From assembly GCF_009914755.1 (NCBI RefSeq), contig NC_060948.1: 64,000 nucleotides of DNA, one strand, 5' to 3'. Positions 28,385 through 42,557 of this stretch are shown in pieces. The first letter of the stretch is position 1. Each line of letters starts with the position of its first letter. The notes under the pieces are model-generated. The model saw nothing but the letters and a program-made list of their open reading frames with translations, was not told the origin of the DNA and did no database searches. The position numbers were made by a program, and so were the translations under genes. The stretch is from the human T2T-CHM13v2.0 reference genome, Homo sapiens.

Positions 28385-31300
28385 TGGACAGGCCTGGAAT
28401 AAAGTGGAATGCTACGGTCTCGAATAGAATAAAAATGTATGGAATGGAATGCAATGAAACGGAATCGAATGTCATAGAATGTAATGGAATGCAAAAAAAT
28501 GGAATCCAAAATCATTGACTGGAAAGGCTGGGTGTCGAAAGGAATTGACTCCAATGGAATGGAATCGAATGGAATGGAAGTGAATAGAATCGAACTAAAT
28601 CGAATGGAATGGAATTGATAGGAACGGAATGGAAAGGAATGCAATGATTTGGCATGGAATGGAATCGAATGGCATCGAATGGAATGGAATGGAATGCAAT
28701 GGAATGGAATGTATTAGAATGTAATGAACTTTAATGGAATGTACTCGAATGGATTCGACTGGAATGGAATGTTCTGGAAGTGAATGGACTCCAATGGAAT
28801 GGATTCAAAAGGAATGGAATCGTACGGAATGGAATCTAATGGAATGGAATTAAATGGAAATGAATCAAATTGAATAGCACGGAATTGAATTGAATGGAAT
28901 GGAATGCAATGGAATCTAATGAAACGGAAAGGAAAGGAATGGAATGGAATGGAATGGGCTGGAATGGAAAGGAATCGAAACGAATGGAATGGAATCGAAC
29001 TGAAGAGACTGGAATGGAATGCACTGGAATGGAAGGGAGTGTAATGGAAGGTTCTCGAAAAAAATGGAATCGAATGGAATGGAATTGAATGGAACGGAAT
29101 AGAGTCGAATGGAATTGAATGGAATGGAATGGACTAGAGTGAAATGGAATCGAACCACAAGGAATGGACAGGAATAGAATGGTCTCGAATTGAATGGAAT
29201 CGTATGGAATGGCATCAAACGGAATGGAATGGACAGCCACGGAATGGAATGCACTCGAATGCAATGGAGTCGAAACTAATGGACTGGAATAGAATGGACT
29301 CGACTGGTACGGACTCCAATGGAATGGAATCGAATGGAAGGGAATCGAACGGAATGGACTCGAAGGGAAAAGACTGCAATGGAAAGGTCTCGAATGGAAT
29401 GGAAATTAATGGAATGGAATGGAATCGAATGAAATGGAGTCAAAAGGAATGGAATCGAATGGCAAGAAATCAAATGTAATGGAATCGCAAGGAATTGATG
29501 TGAACGGAACGGAATGGAATGGAATCCAAAGGAATGGAATAGAATGGAATGGAATCGAATGGAAAGGACTCGAATGGAAATCACTCGAATAGAATGCAAT
29601 TTAATAAAATAGGATCAAATGTAATGGAATGGAATGGAAAGGAATCGAAACGAAAGGAATGGAGACAGATGGAATGGAATGGAACAGAGAGCAATGGTAT
29701 AGAATGGAATGGAATCATCTGGAATGGAATTGAATGGAATGGAATAATATGAAATGGAATGGAATGGAATGGAATGGAATGGAATGCCCTTGAATTAAAT
29801 GGAATGGACTCGAACAGAGTGGAATGGAAAGTGTTGAGATAGCATGGAATGGACTCCTTCGGAATGGTCTAGTATGCAATGCAATCGACTGGCAGGGAAT
29901 CAAAAGGAATGTAATCGAATGGATTGGACTGGAATGCAATGGACTCGAATAGATTGGAAACGGAATGCAAAGGAATGGAATGGAATAGTATGGAATGGAA
30001 TGGAAAGGAATGGAGTGGAATAGACTAGAGTGGAATGGAATGGACTGGAAAGCAATGGACTGGAATGGAACTTTCTTGAATGGACTGGAATCAAACGGAA
30101 TGGAATGCAATGCAATCAAATGGCATGGAATAAAATAGAATGAAAGAGAATCAAATGGAATTGAATCGAATGGAATCGAATGGATTGGAAAGGAATAGAA
30201 TGGAATGGAATGGAATTGACTCAAATGGAATGGACTAGAATGGAATGGATTCGAATGGAAGGCAAAGGAATGGAATCTATTGGAATGGACTGTAATGGAA
30301 TGGAATGGAAGGGATTGGAATGGACTCGAATGCAATGGACTGCAATAGAAAGGATTCGAATGGAATGAAAAAGAATTGAATGGAATAGAACAGAATGGAA
30401 TCAAATCGAATGAAATGGAATGGAATAGAAAGGAATGGAATGAAATGGAATGGAAAGGATTCGAATGGAATGCAATCGAATGGAATGGAATCGAACGGAA
30501 TGGAATAAAATGGAAGAAAACTGGCAAGAAATGGAATCGAAATGAATGGAGTGTTATGGAACGGACTCAAAAGGAATTGAATGTAATAGAATGGAGTGGA
30601 GTGGACTCGAATATAATGGACTGGAATGGAATGAAATCACATGGAATGGGAACGAATGGAATGGAATGGAAAGGAATGGAATCGAATGGAAAGGAATCGA
30701 ACGGAAGGGAATAAAATTGAATCAACAGGAATGGAAGGGAATAGAATAGACGGTAATGGAATGGACTCGAATAGAATGGACACGAATGCTCAAATTGAAT
30801 GGACTCGAAAGGAATGGAAAGGAAAGGAATGTCATCGAATGGAATTGAATCGATTGGAATGAAATCGCATAGAATGGAGTGGAATCAAATGGAATTGAAT
30901 CGAAAGGAAAGGAAGCGAATGGACTGAAATGAAATGGAATGGAATTGAATGGAAATTAATGCAATGGAATAGAATGGAACGAAATTTCACGGAATGGAAT
31001 CAAACTGAATGGAATCAAATCAATGGAATCTAATCAAATGGAATGGAAAGGAATTGAATGGAGTAGATTGGATTGGATGGGATTGGAATGAAATGTACTG
31101 GAAAGGACTCGAATTTCATGAAACGGAATGGAATGAATTGGAACGGAATGGACTCGAATGGAATGGAATGTCATGGAATGGCATCAAATGGAATGGCATC
31201 AAATGGAATGGAATCGAATGCAATGGAATGCTATGGAATGGAATGGAATGCATTGGAATGGAATGTCCTCTAATGGAATGGATTCGAGTGGAATGGAATC

Positions 31301-31913
31301 GAATATAATGGAGTCGAATGAAATGGAATTGAAAGGAATGGGATCGAATACAATGGAATATACTGGAATGAAATGTAATGAACTCGAATGTAATTGACTG
31401 GAATGGAATGTACATGAATGGAATGTAATCGAATGGAAAGTAATCCAATGGAATAGAATCTAATGCAATAAAATCGACTCAAATAGAGTAGAATGTAATG
31501 GAATGGAGTGCAGTGCAATGGAATGGAATGGAATGGAATGGAATGGAATGGAATGGGATGGAATGGTATGGAATGGATAGTAATGGACTGGAGTGAAATG
31601 GACTGGAAAGGAATGGACTCAAATTGAAAGGGCTCGAAAGGAATGGAGTCAAATGGAATGATCTGGAATGGAATGAACACGAATGTAATGCAATCCAATA
31701 GAATGGAATCGAATGGCATGGAATATAAAGAAATGGAATCGAAGAGAATGGAAACAAATGGAATGGAATTGAATGGAATGGAATTGAATGGAATGGGAAG
31801 GAATGGAGTGAAATTGTATGCAGTAGAAGAGAATAGAATGGAATGCAAGCGAAAGGAAAGGAATGGATTGGAATGGAATGGAATTCATTGGAATGGAAGG
31901 GAATGTAGTGTAA
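28385..31913 (+). repeat. DYZ1 unit 9 (3529 bp)
   Basis: Landmark at 28385. Confidence 0.9.
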
Positions 31914-34900
31914 TGGACAGGCCTGGAATAAAGTGGAATGCTACGGTCTCGAATGGAATAAAAATGTATGGAATGGAATGCAATGAAACGGAATCGAATG
32001 TCATAGAATGTAATGGAATGCAAAAAATGGAATCCAAAATCATTGACTGGAAAGGCTGGGTGTCGAAAGGAATTGACTCCAATGGAATGGAATCGAATGG
32101 AATGGAAGTGAATAGAATCGAACTAAATCGAATGGAATGGAATTGATAGGAACGGAATGGAAAAGAATGCAATGATTTGGCATGGAATGGAATCGAATGG
32201 CATCGAATGGAATGGAATGGAATGCAATGGAATGGAATGTGTTAGAATGTAATGAACTTTAATGGAATGTACTCGAATGGATTCGACTGGAATGGAATGT
32301 TCTGGAAGTGAATGGACTCCAATGGAATGGATTCAAAAGGAATGGAATCGTACGGAATGGAATCTAATGGAATGGAATTAAATGGAAATGAATCAAATGG
32401 AATAGCACGGAATTGAATTGAATGGAATCGAGTGCAATGGAATCTAATGAAACGGAAAGGAAAGGAATGGAATGGAATGGAATGGGCTGGAATGGAAAGG
32501 AATCGAAATGAATGGAATGGAATCGAACTGAAGAGACTGGAATGGAATGCACTGGAATGGAAGGGAGTGTAATGGAAGGTTCTCGAAAAAAATGGAATCG
32601 AATGGAATGGAATTGAATGGAACGGAATAGAGTCGAATGGAATTGAATGGAATGGAATGGACTAGAGTGAAATGGAATCGAACCACAAGGAATGGACAGG
32701 AATAGAATGGTCTCGAATTGAATGGAATCGTATGGAATGGCATCAAACGGAATGGAATGGATAGCCACGGAATGGAATGCACTCCAATGCAATGGAGTCG
32801 AAACTAATGGACTGGAATAGAATGGACTCTACTGGTACGGACTCCAATGGAATGGAATCGAATGGAAGGAAATCGAATGGAATGGACTCGAAGGGAAAAG
32901 ACTGCAATGGAATGGTCTCGAATGGAATGGAAATTAATGGAATGGAATGGAATCGAATGAAATGGAGTCAAAAGGAATGGAATCGAATGGCAAGAAATCG
33001 AATGTAATGGAATCGCAAGGAATTGATGTGAAAGGAACAGAATGGAATGGAATCCAAAGGAATGGAATAGAATGGAATGGAATCGAATGGAAAGGACTCG
33101 AATGGAAATCACTCGAATAGAATGCAATTTAATAAAATAGGATCAAATGTAATGGAATGGAATGGAAAGGAATCGAAACGAAAGGAATGGAGACAGATGG
33201 AATGGAATGGAACAGAGAGCAATGGTATAGAATGGAATGGAATCATCTGGAATGGAATTGAATGGAATGGAATAATATGAAATGGAATGGAATGGAATGG
33301 AATGGAATGCCCTTGAATTAAATGGACTGGAATGGAATGGACTCGAACAGAGTGGAATGGAAAGTGTTGAGATAGAATGGAATGGACTCCTTTGGAATGG
33401 TGTAGTATGCAATGCAATCGACTGGCAGGGAATCAAAAGGAATGTAATCGAATGGATTGGACTGGAATGCAATGGACTCGAATAGATTGGAAACGGAATG
33501 CAAAGGAATGGAATGGAATAGTATGGAATGGAATGGAAAGGAATGGAGTGGAATAGACTAGAGTGGAATGGAATGGACTGGAAAGCAATGGACTGGAATG
33601 GAACTTTCTTGAATGGACTGGAATCAAACGGAATGGAATGCAATGCAATCAAATGGCATGGAATAAAATAGAATGAAAGAGAATCAAATGGAATTGAATC
33701 GAATGGAATCGAATGGATTGGAAAGGAATAGAATGGAATGGAATGGAATTGACTCAAATGGAATGGACTAGAATGGAATGGATTCGAATGGAAGGCAAAG
33801 GAATGGAATCTATTGGAATGGACTGTAATGGAATGGAATGGAAGGGATTGGAATGGACTCGAATGGAATGGACTGCAATAGAAAGGATTCGAATGGAATG
33901 AAAAAGAATTGAATGGAATAGAACAGAATGGAATCAAATCGAATGAAATGGAATGGAATAGAAAGGAATGGAATGAAATGGAATGGAAAGGATTCGAATG
34001 GAATGCAATCGAATGGAATGGAATCGAACGGAATGGAATAAAATGGAAGAAAACTGGCAAGAAATGGAATCGAAATGAATGGAGTGTTATGGAACGGACT
34101 CAAAAGGAATTGAATGTAATAGAATGGAGTGGAGTGGACTCGAATATAATGGACTGGAATGGAATGAAATCACATGGAATGGGAACGAATGCAATGGAAT
34201 GGAAAGGAATGGAATCGAATGGAAAGGAATCGAATGGAAGGGAATGAAATTGAATCAACAGGAATGGAAGGGAATAGAATAGACGGTAATGGAATGGACT
34301 CGAATAGAATGGACACGAATGCTCAAATTGAATGGACTCGAAAGGAATGGAAAGGAAAGGAATGTCATCGAATGGAATTGAATCGATTGGAATGAAATCG
34401 CATAGAATGGAGTGGAATCAAATGGAATTGAATCGAAAGGAAAGGAAGCGAATGGACTGAAATGAAATGGAATGGAATTGAATGGAAATTAATGCAATGG
34501 AATAGAATGGAACGAAATTTCACGGAATGGAATCAAACTGAATGGAATCAAATCAATGGAATATAATCAAATGGAATGGAAAGGAATTGAATGGAGTAGA
34601 TTGGATTGGATGGGATTGGAATGAAATGTACTGGAAAGGACTCGAATTTCATGAAACGGAATGGAATGAATTGGAACGGAATGGACTCGAATGGAATGGA
34701 ATGTCATGGAATGGCATCAAATGGAATGGCATCAAATGGAATGGAATCGAATGCAATGGAATGCTATGGAATGGAATGGAATGCATTGGAATGGAATGTC
34801 CTCTAATGGAATGGATTCGAGTGGAATGGAATCGAATATAATGGAGTCTAATGAAATGGAATTGAAAGGAATGGGATCGAATAGAATGGAATATACTGGA

Positions 34901-35461
34901 ATGTAATGTAATGAACTCGAATGTAATTGACTGGAATGGAATGTACATGAATGGAATGTAATCGAATGGAAAGTAATCCAATGGAATAGAATCTAATGCA
35001 ATAAAATCGACTCAAATAGAGTAGAATGTAATGGAATGGAGTGCAGTGCAATGGAATGGAATGGAATGGAATGCAATGGAATGGAATGGAATGGAATGGA
35101 ATGGGGTGGAATGGTATGGAATGGATAGTAATGGACTGGAGTGAAATGGACTGGAAAGGAATGGACTCAAATTGAAAGGGCTCGAAAGGAATGGAGTCAA
35201 ATGGAATGGTCTGGAATGGAATGAACACGAATGTAATGCAATCCAATAGAATGGAATCGAATGGCATGGAATTTAAAGAAATGGAATCGAAGAGAATGGA
35301 AACAAATGGAATGGAATTGAATGGAATGGAATTGAATGGAATGGGAACGAATGGAGTGAAATTGTATGCAGTAGAAGAGAATAGAATGGAATGCAAGCGA
35401 AAGGAAAGGAATGGATTGGAATGGAATGGAATTCATTGGAATGGAAGGGAATGTAGTGTAA
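31914..35461 (+). repeat. DYZ1 unit 10 (3548 bp)
   Basis: Landmark at 31914; A6 instead of A7 near 32022. Confidence 0.9.
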
Positions 35462-38400
35462 TGGACAGGCCTGGAATAAAGTGGAATGCTACGGTCTCGA
35501 ATGGAATAAAAATGTATGGAATGGAATGCAATGAAACGGAATCGAATGTCATAGAATGTAATGGAATGCAAAAAATGGAATCCAAAGTCATTGACTGGAA
35601 AGGCTGGGTGTCGAAAGGAATTGACTCCAATGGAATGGAATCGAATGGAATGGAAGTGAATAGAATCGAACTAAATCGAATGGAATGGAATTGATAGGAA
35701 CGGAATGGAAAGGAATGCAATGATTTGGCATGGAATGGAATCGAATGGCATCGAATGGAATGGAATGGAATGCAATGGAATGGAATGTGTTAGAATGTAA
35801 TGAACTTTAATGGAATGTACTCGAATGGATTCGACTGGAATGGAATGTTCTGGAAGTGAATGGACTCCAATGGAATGGATTCAAAAGGAATGGAATCGTA
35901 CGGAATGGAATCTAATGGAATGGAATTAAATGCAAATGAATCAAATGGAATAGCACGGAATTGAATTGAATGGAATGGAATGCAATGGAATCTAATGAAA
36001 CGGAAAGGAAAGGAATGGAATGGAATGGAATGGGCTGGAATGGAAAGGAATCGAAATGAATGGAATGGAATCGAACTGAAGAGACTGGAATGGAATGCAC
36101 TGGAATGGAAGGAAGTGTAATGGAAGGTTCTCGAAAAAAATGGAATCGAATGGAATGGAATTGAATGGAACGGAATAGAGTCGAATGGAATTGAATGGAA
36201 TAGAATGGACTAGAGTGAAATGGAATAGAACCACAAGGAATGGACAGGAATAGAATGGTCTCGAATTGAATGGAATCGTATGGAATGGCATCAAACGGAA
36301 TGGAATGGATAGCCACGGAATGGAATGCACTCGAATGCAATGGAGTCGAACCTAATGGACTGGAATAGAATGGACTCGACTGGTACGGACTCCAATGGAA
36401 TGGAATCGAATGGAAGGGAATCGAATGGAATGGACTCGAAGGGAAAAGACTGCAATGGAAAGGTCTCGAATGGAATGGAAATTAATGGAATGGAATGGAA
36501 TCGAATGAAATGGAGTCAAAAGGAATGGAATCGAATGGCAAGAAATCGAATGTAATGGAATCACAAGGAATTGATGTGAACGGAACGGAATGGAATGGAA
36601 TCCAAAGGAATGGAATAGAATGGAATGGAATCGAATGGAAAGGACTCGAATGGAAATCACTCGAATAGAATGCAATTTAATAAAATAGGATCAAATGTAA
36701 TGGAATGGAATGGAAAGGAATCGAAACGAAAGGAATGGAGACAGATGGAATGGAATGGAACAGAGAGCAATGGTATAGAATGGAATGGAATCATCTGGAA
36801 TGGAATTGAATGGAATGGAATAATATGAAATGGAATGGAATAGAATGGAATGGAATGGAATGCCCTTGAATTAAATGGACTGGAATGGAATGGCCTCGAA
36901 CAGAGTGGAATGGAAAGTGTTGAGACAGAATGCAATGGACTCCTTCGGAATGGTGTAGTATGCAATGCAATCGACTGGCAGGGAATCAAAAGGAATGTAA
37001 TCGAATGGATTGGACTGGAATGCAATGGACTCGAATAGATTGGAAACGGAATGCAAAGGAATGGAATGGAATAGTATGGAATGGAATGGAAAGGAATGGA
37101 GTGGAATAGACTAGAGTGGAATGGAATGGACTGGAAAGCAATGGACTGGAATGGAACTTTCTTGAATGGACTGGAATCAAACGGAATGGAATGCAATGCA
37201 ATCAAATGGCATGGAATAAAATAGAATGAAAGAGAATCAAATGGAATTGAATCGAATGGAATCGAATGGATTGGAAAGGAATAGAATGGAATGGAATGGA
37301 ATTGACTCGAATGGAATGGACTAGAATGGAATGGATTCGAATGGAAGGCAAAGGAATGGAATCTATTGGAATGGACTGTAATGGAATGGAATGGAAGGGA
37401 TTGGAATGGACTCGAATGGAATGGACTGCAATAGAAAGGATTCGAATGGAATTAAAAAGAATTGAATGGAATAGAACAGAATGGAATCAAATCGAATGAA
37501 ATGGAATGGAATAGAAAGGAAAGGAATGAAATGGAATGGAAAGGATTCGAATGGAATGCAATCGAATGGAATGGAATCGAACGGAATGGAATAAAATGGA
37601 AGAAAACTGGCAAGAAATGGAATCGAAATGAATGGAGTGTTATGGAACGGACTCAAAAGGAATTGAATGTAATAGAATGGAGTGGAGTGGACTCGAATAT
37701 AATGGACTGGAATGGAATGAAATCACATGGAATGGGAACGAATGGAATGGAATGGAAAGGAATGGAATCGAATGGAAAGGAATCGAATGGAAGGGAATGA
37801 AATTGAATCAACAGGAATGGAAGGGAATAGAATAGACGGTAATGGAATGGACTCGAATAGAATGGACACGAATGCTCAAATTGAATGGACTCGAATGGAA
37901 TGGAAACGAAAGGAATGTCATCGAATGGAATTGAATCGATTGGAATGAAATCGCAAGAATGGAGTGGAATCAAATGAAATTGAATCGAAAGGAAAGGAAG
38001 CGAATGGACTGAAATGAAATGGAATGGAATTGAATGGAAAGTAATGCAATGGAATAGAATGGAACGAAATTTCACGGAATGGAATCAAACTGAAAGGAAT
38101 CAAATCAATGGAATCTAATCAAATGGAATGGAAAGGAATTGAATGGAGTAGATTGGATTGGATGGGATTGGAGTGAAATGTACTGGAAAGGACTCGAATT
38201 TCATGAAACGGAATGGAATGAATTGGAACGGAATGGACTCGAATGGAATGGAATGACATGGAATGGCATCAAATGGAATGGCATCAAATGGAATGGAATC
38301 GAATGCAATGGAATGCTATGGAATGGAATGGAATGCATTGGAATGGAATGTCCTCTAATGGAATGGATTCGAGTGGAATGGAATCGAATATAATGGAGTC

Positions 38401-39008
38401 GAATGAAATGGAATTGAAAGGAATGGGATCGAATACAATGGAATATACTGGAATGTAATGTAATGAACTCGAATGTAATTGACTGGAATGGAATGTACAT
38501 GAATGGAATGTAATCGAATGGAAAGTAATCCAATGGAATAGAATCTAATGCAATAAAATCGACTCAGATAGAGTAGAATGTAATGGAATGGAGTGCAGTG
38601 GAATGGAATGGAATGGAATGGAATGGAATGGAATGGAATGGAATGGAATGGGATGGAATGGTATGGAATGGATAGTAATGGACTGGAGTGAAATGGACTG
38701 GAAAGGAATGGACTCAAATTGAAAGGGCTCGAAAGGAATGGAGTCAAATGGAATGGTCTGGAATGGAATGAACACGAATGTAATGCAATCCAATAGAATG
38801 GAATCGAATGGCATGGAAGATAAAGAAATGGAATCGAAGAGAATGGAAACAAATGGAATGGAATTGAATGGAATGGAATTGAATGGAATGGGAACGAATG
38901 GAGTGAAATTGTATGCAGTAGAAGAGAATAGAATGGAATGCAAGCGAAAGGAAAGGAATGGATTAGAATGGAATGGAATTCATTGGAATGGAAGGGAATG
39001 TAGTGTAA
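35462..39008 (+). repeat. DYZ1 unit 11 (3547 bp); extra internal HaeIII site
   Basis: Landmark at 35462; A6 near 35570; 1-bp deletion near 37955; GGCC at 36892. Confidence 0.9.
38601..38650 (+). repeat. Perfect (GAATG)10 tract; example of the hypervariable pure-pentamer tract after gagtgcagtg in every unit
   Basis: Ten perfect pentamers; comparable runs at 52856-52905 and 63611-63660. Confidence 0.85.
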
Positions 39009-42000
39009 TGGACAGGCCTGGAATAAAGTGGAATGCTACGGTCTCGAATGGAATAAAAATGTATGGAATGGAATGCAATGAAATGGAATCGAATGTCATA
39101 GAATGTAATGGAATGCAAAAAAATGGAATCCAAAATCATTGACTGGAAAGGCTGGGTGTCGAAAGGAATTGACTCCAATGGAATGGAATCGAATGGAATG
39201 GAAGTGAATAGAATCGAACTAAATCGAATGGAATGGAATTGATAGGAACGGAATGGAAAGGAATGCAATGATTTGGCATGGAATGGAATCGAATAGCATC
39301 GAATGGAATGGAATGGAATGCAATGGAATGGAATGTATTAGAATGTAATGAACTTTAATGGAATGTACTCGAATGGATTCGACTGGAATGGAATGTTCTG
39401 GAAGTGAATGGACTCCAATGGAATGGATTCAAAAGGAATGCAATCGTACGGAATGGAATCTAATGGAATGGAATTAAATGGAAATGAATCAAATTGAATA
39501 GCACGGAATTGAATTGAATGCAATGGAATGCAATGGAATCTAATGAAACGGAAAGGAAAGGAATGGAATGGAATGGAATGGGCTGGAATGGAAAGGAATC
39601 GAAACGAATGGAATGGAATCGAACTGAAGAGACTGGAATGGAATGCACTGGAATGGAAGGGAGTGTAATGGAAGGTTCTCGAAAAAAATGGAATGGAATG
39701 GAATGGAATTGAATGGAACGGAATAGAGTCGAATGGAATTGAATGGAATGGAATGGACTAGAGTGAAATGGAATCGAACCACAAGGAATGGACAGGAATA
39801 GAATGGTCTCGAATTGAATGGAATCGTATGGAATGGCATCAAACGGAATGGAATGGACAGCCACGGAATGGAATGCACTCGAATGCAATGGAGTCGAAAC
39901 TAATGGACTGGAATAGAATGGACTCGACTGGTACGGACTCCAATGGAATGGAATCGAATGGAAGGGAATCGAACGGAATGGACTCGAAGGGAAAAGACTG
40001 CAATGGAAAGGTCTCGAATGGAATGGAAATTAATGGAATGGAATGGAATCGAATGAAATGGAGTCAAAAGGAATGGAATCGAATGGCAAGAAATCGAATG
40101 TAATGGAATCGCAAGGAATTGATGTGAATGGAGCGGAATGGAATGGAATCCAAAGGAATGGAATCGAATGGAAAGGACTCGAATGGAAATCACTCGAATA
40201 GAATGCAATTTAATAAAATAGGATCAAATGTAATGGAATGGAATGGAAAGGAATCGAAACGAAAGGAATGGAGACAGATGGAATGGAATGGAACAGAGAG
40301 CAATGGTATAGAATGGAATGGAATCATCTGGAATGGAATTGAATGGAATGGAATAATATGAAATGGAATGGAATGGAATGGAATGCAATGCCCTTGAATT
40401 AAATGGACTGGAATGGAATGGACTCGAACAGAGTGGAATGGAAAGTGTTGAGATAGAATGGAATGGACTCCTTTGGAATGGTGTAGTATGCAATGCAATC
40501 GACTGGCAGGGAATCAAAAGGAATGTAATGGAATGGATTGGACTGGAATGCAATGGACTCGAATAGATTGGAAACGGAATGCAAAGGAATGGAATGGAAT
40601 AGGATGGAATGGAATGGAAAGGAATGGAGTGGAATAGACTAGAGTGGAATGGAATGGACTGGAAAGCAATGGACTGGAATGGAACTTTCTTGAATGGACT
40701 GGAATCAAACGGAATAGAATGCAATGCAATCAAATGGCATGGAATAAAATAGAATGAAAGAGAATCAAATGGAATTGAATCGAATGGAATCGAATGGATT
40801 GGAAAGGAATAGAATGGAATGGAATGGAATTGACTCAAATGGAATGGATTCGAATGGAATGGATTCGAATGGAAGGCAAAGGAATGGAATCTATTGGAAT
40901 GGACTGTAATGGAATGGAATGGAATGGAATGGAAACGATTGGAATGGACTCGAATGGAATGGACTGCAATAGAAAGGATTCGAATGGAATTAAAAAGAAT
41001 TGAATGGAATAGAACAGAATGGAATCAAATCGAATGAAATGGAATGGAATAGAAAGGAATGGAATGAAATGGAATGGAAAGGATTCGAATGGAATGCAAT
41101 CGAATGGAATGGAATCGAACAGAATGGAATAAAATGGAAGAAAACTGGCAAGAAATGGAATCCAAATGAATGGAGTGTTATGGAACGGACTCAAAAGGAA
41201 TTGAATGTAATAGAATGGAGTGGAGTGGACTCGAATATAATGGACTGGAATGGAATGAAATCACATGGAATGGGAACGAATGGAATGGAATGGAAAGGAA
41301 TGGAATCGAATGGAAAGGAATCGAATGGAAGGGAATGAAATTGAATCAACAGGAATGGAAGGGAATAGAATAGACGGTAATGGAATGGACTCGAATAGAA
41401 TGGACACGAATGCTCAAATTGAATGGACTCGAATGGAATGGAAACGAAAGGAATGTCATCGAATGGAATTGAATCGATTGGAATGAAATCGCATAGAATG
41501 GAGTGGAATCAAATGGAATTGAATCGAAAGGAAAGGAAGCCAATGGACTGAAATGAAATGGAATGGAATTGAATGGAAAGTAATGCAATGGAATAGAATG
41601 GAAGGAAATTTCACGGAATGGAATCAAACTGAATGGAATCAAATCAATGGAATCTAATCAAATGGAATGGAAAGGAATTGAATGGAGTAGATTGGATTGG
41701 ATGGGATTGGAGTGAAATGTACTGGAAAGGACTCGAATTTCATGAAACGGAATGGAATGAATTGGAACGGAATGGACTCGAATGGAATGGAATGTCATGG
41801 AATGGCATCAAATGGAATGGCATCAAATGGAATGGAATCGAATGCAATGGAATGCTATGGAATGGAATGGAATGCATTGGAATGGAATGTCCTCTAATGG
41901 AATGGATTCGAGTGGAATGGAATCGAATATAATGGAGTCGAATGAAATGGAATTGAAAGGAATGGGATCGAATAGAATGGAATATACAGGAATGTAATGT

Positions 42001-42557
42001 AATGAACTCGAATGTAATTGACTGGAATGGAATGTACATGAATGGAATGTAATCGAATGGAAAGTAATCCAATGGAATAGAATCTAATGCAATAAAATCG
42101 ACTCAGATAGAGTAGAATGTAATGGAATAGAGTGCAGTGCAATGGAATGGAATGGAATGGAATGCAATGGAATGGAATGGAATGGAATGGAATGGAATGG
42201 GATGGAATGGTATGGAATGGATAGTAATGGACTGGAGTGAAATGGACTGGAAAGGTATGGACTCAAATTGAAAGGGCTCGAAAGGAATGGAGTCAAATGG
42301 AATGGTCTGGAATGGAATGAACACGAATGTAATGCAATCCAATAGAATGGAATCGAATGGCATGGAATATAAAGAAATGGAATCGAAGAGAATGGAAACA
42401 AATGGAATGGAAGTGAATGGAATGGAATTGAATGGAATGGGAACGAATGGAGTGAAATTGTATGCAGTAGAAGAGAATAGAATGGAATGCAAGCGAAAGG
42501 AAAGGAATGGATTGGAATGGAATGGAATTCATTGGAATGGAAGGGAATGTAGTGTAA
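39009..42557 (+). repeat. DYZ1 unit 12 (3549 bp)
   Basis: Landmark at 39009. Confidence 0.9.
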
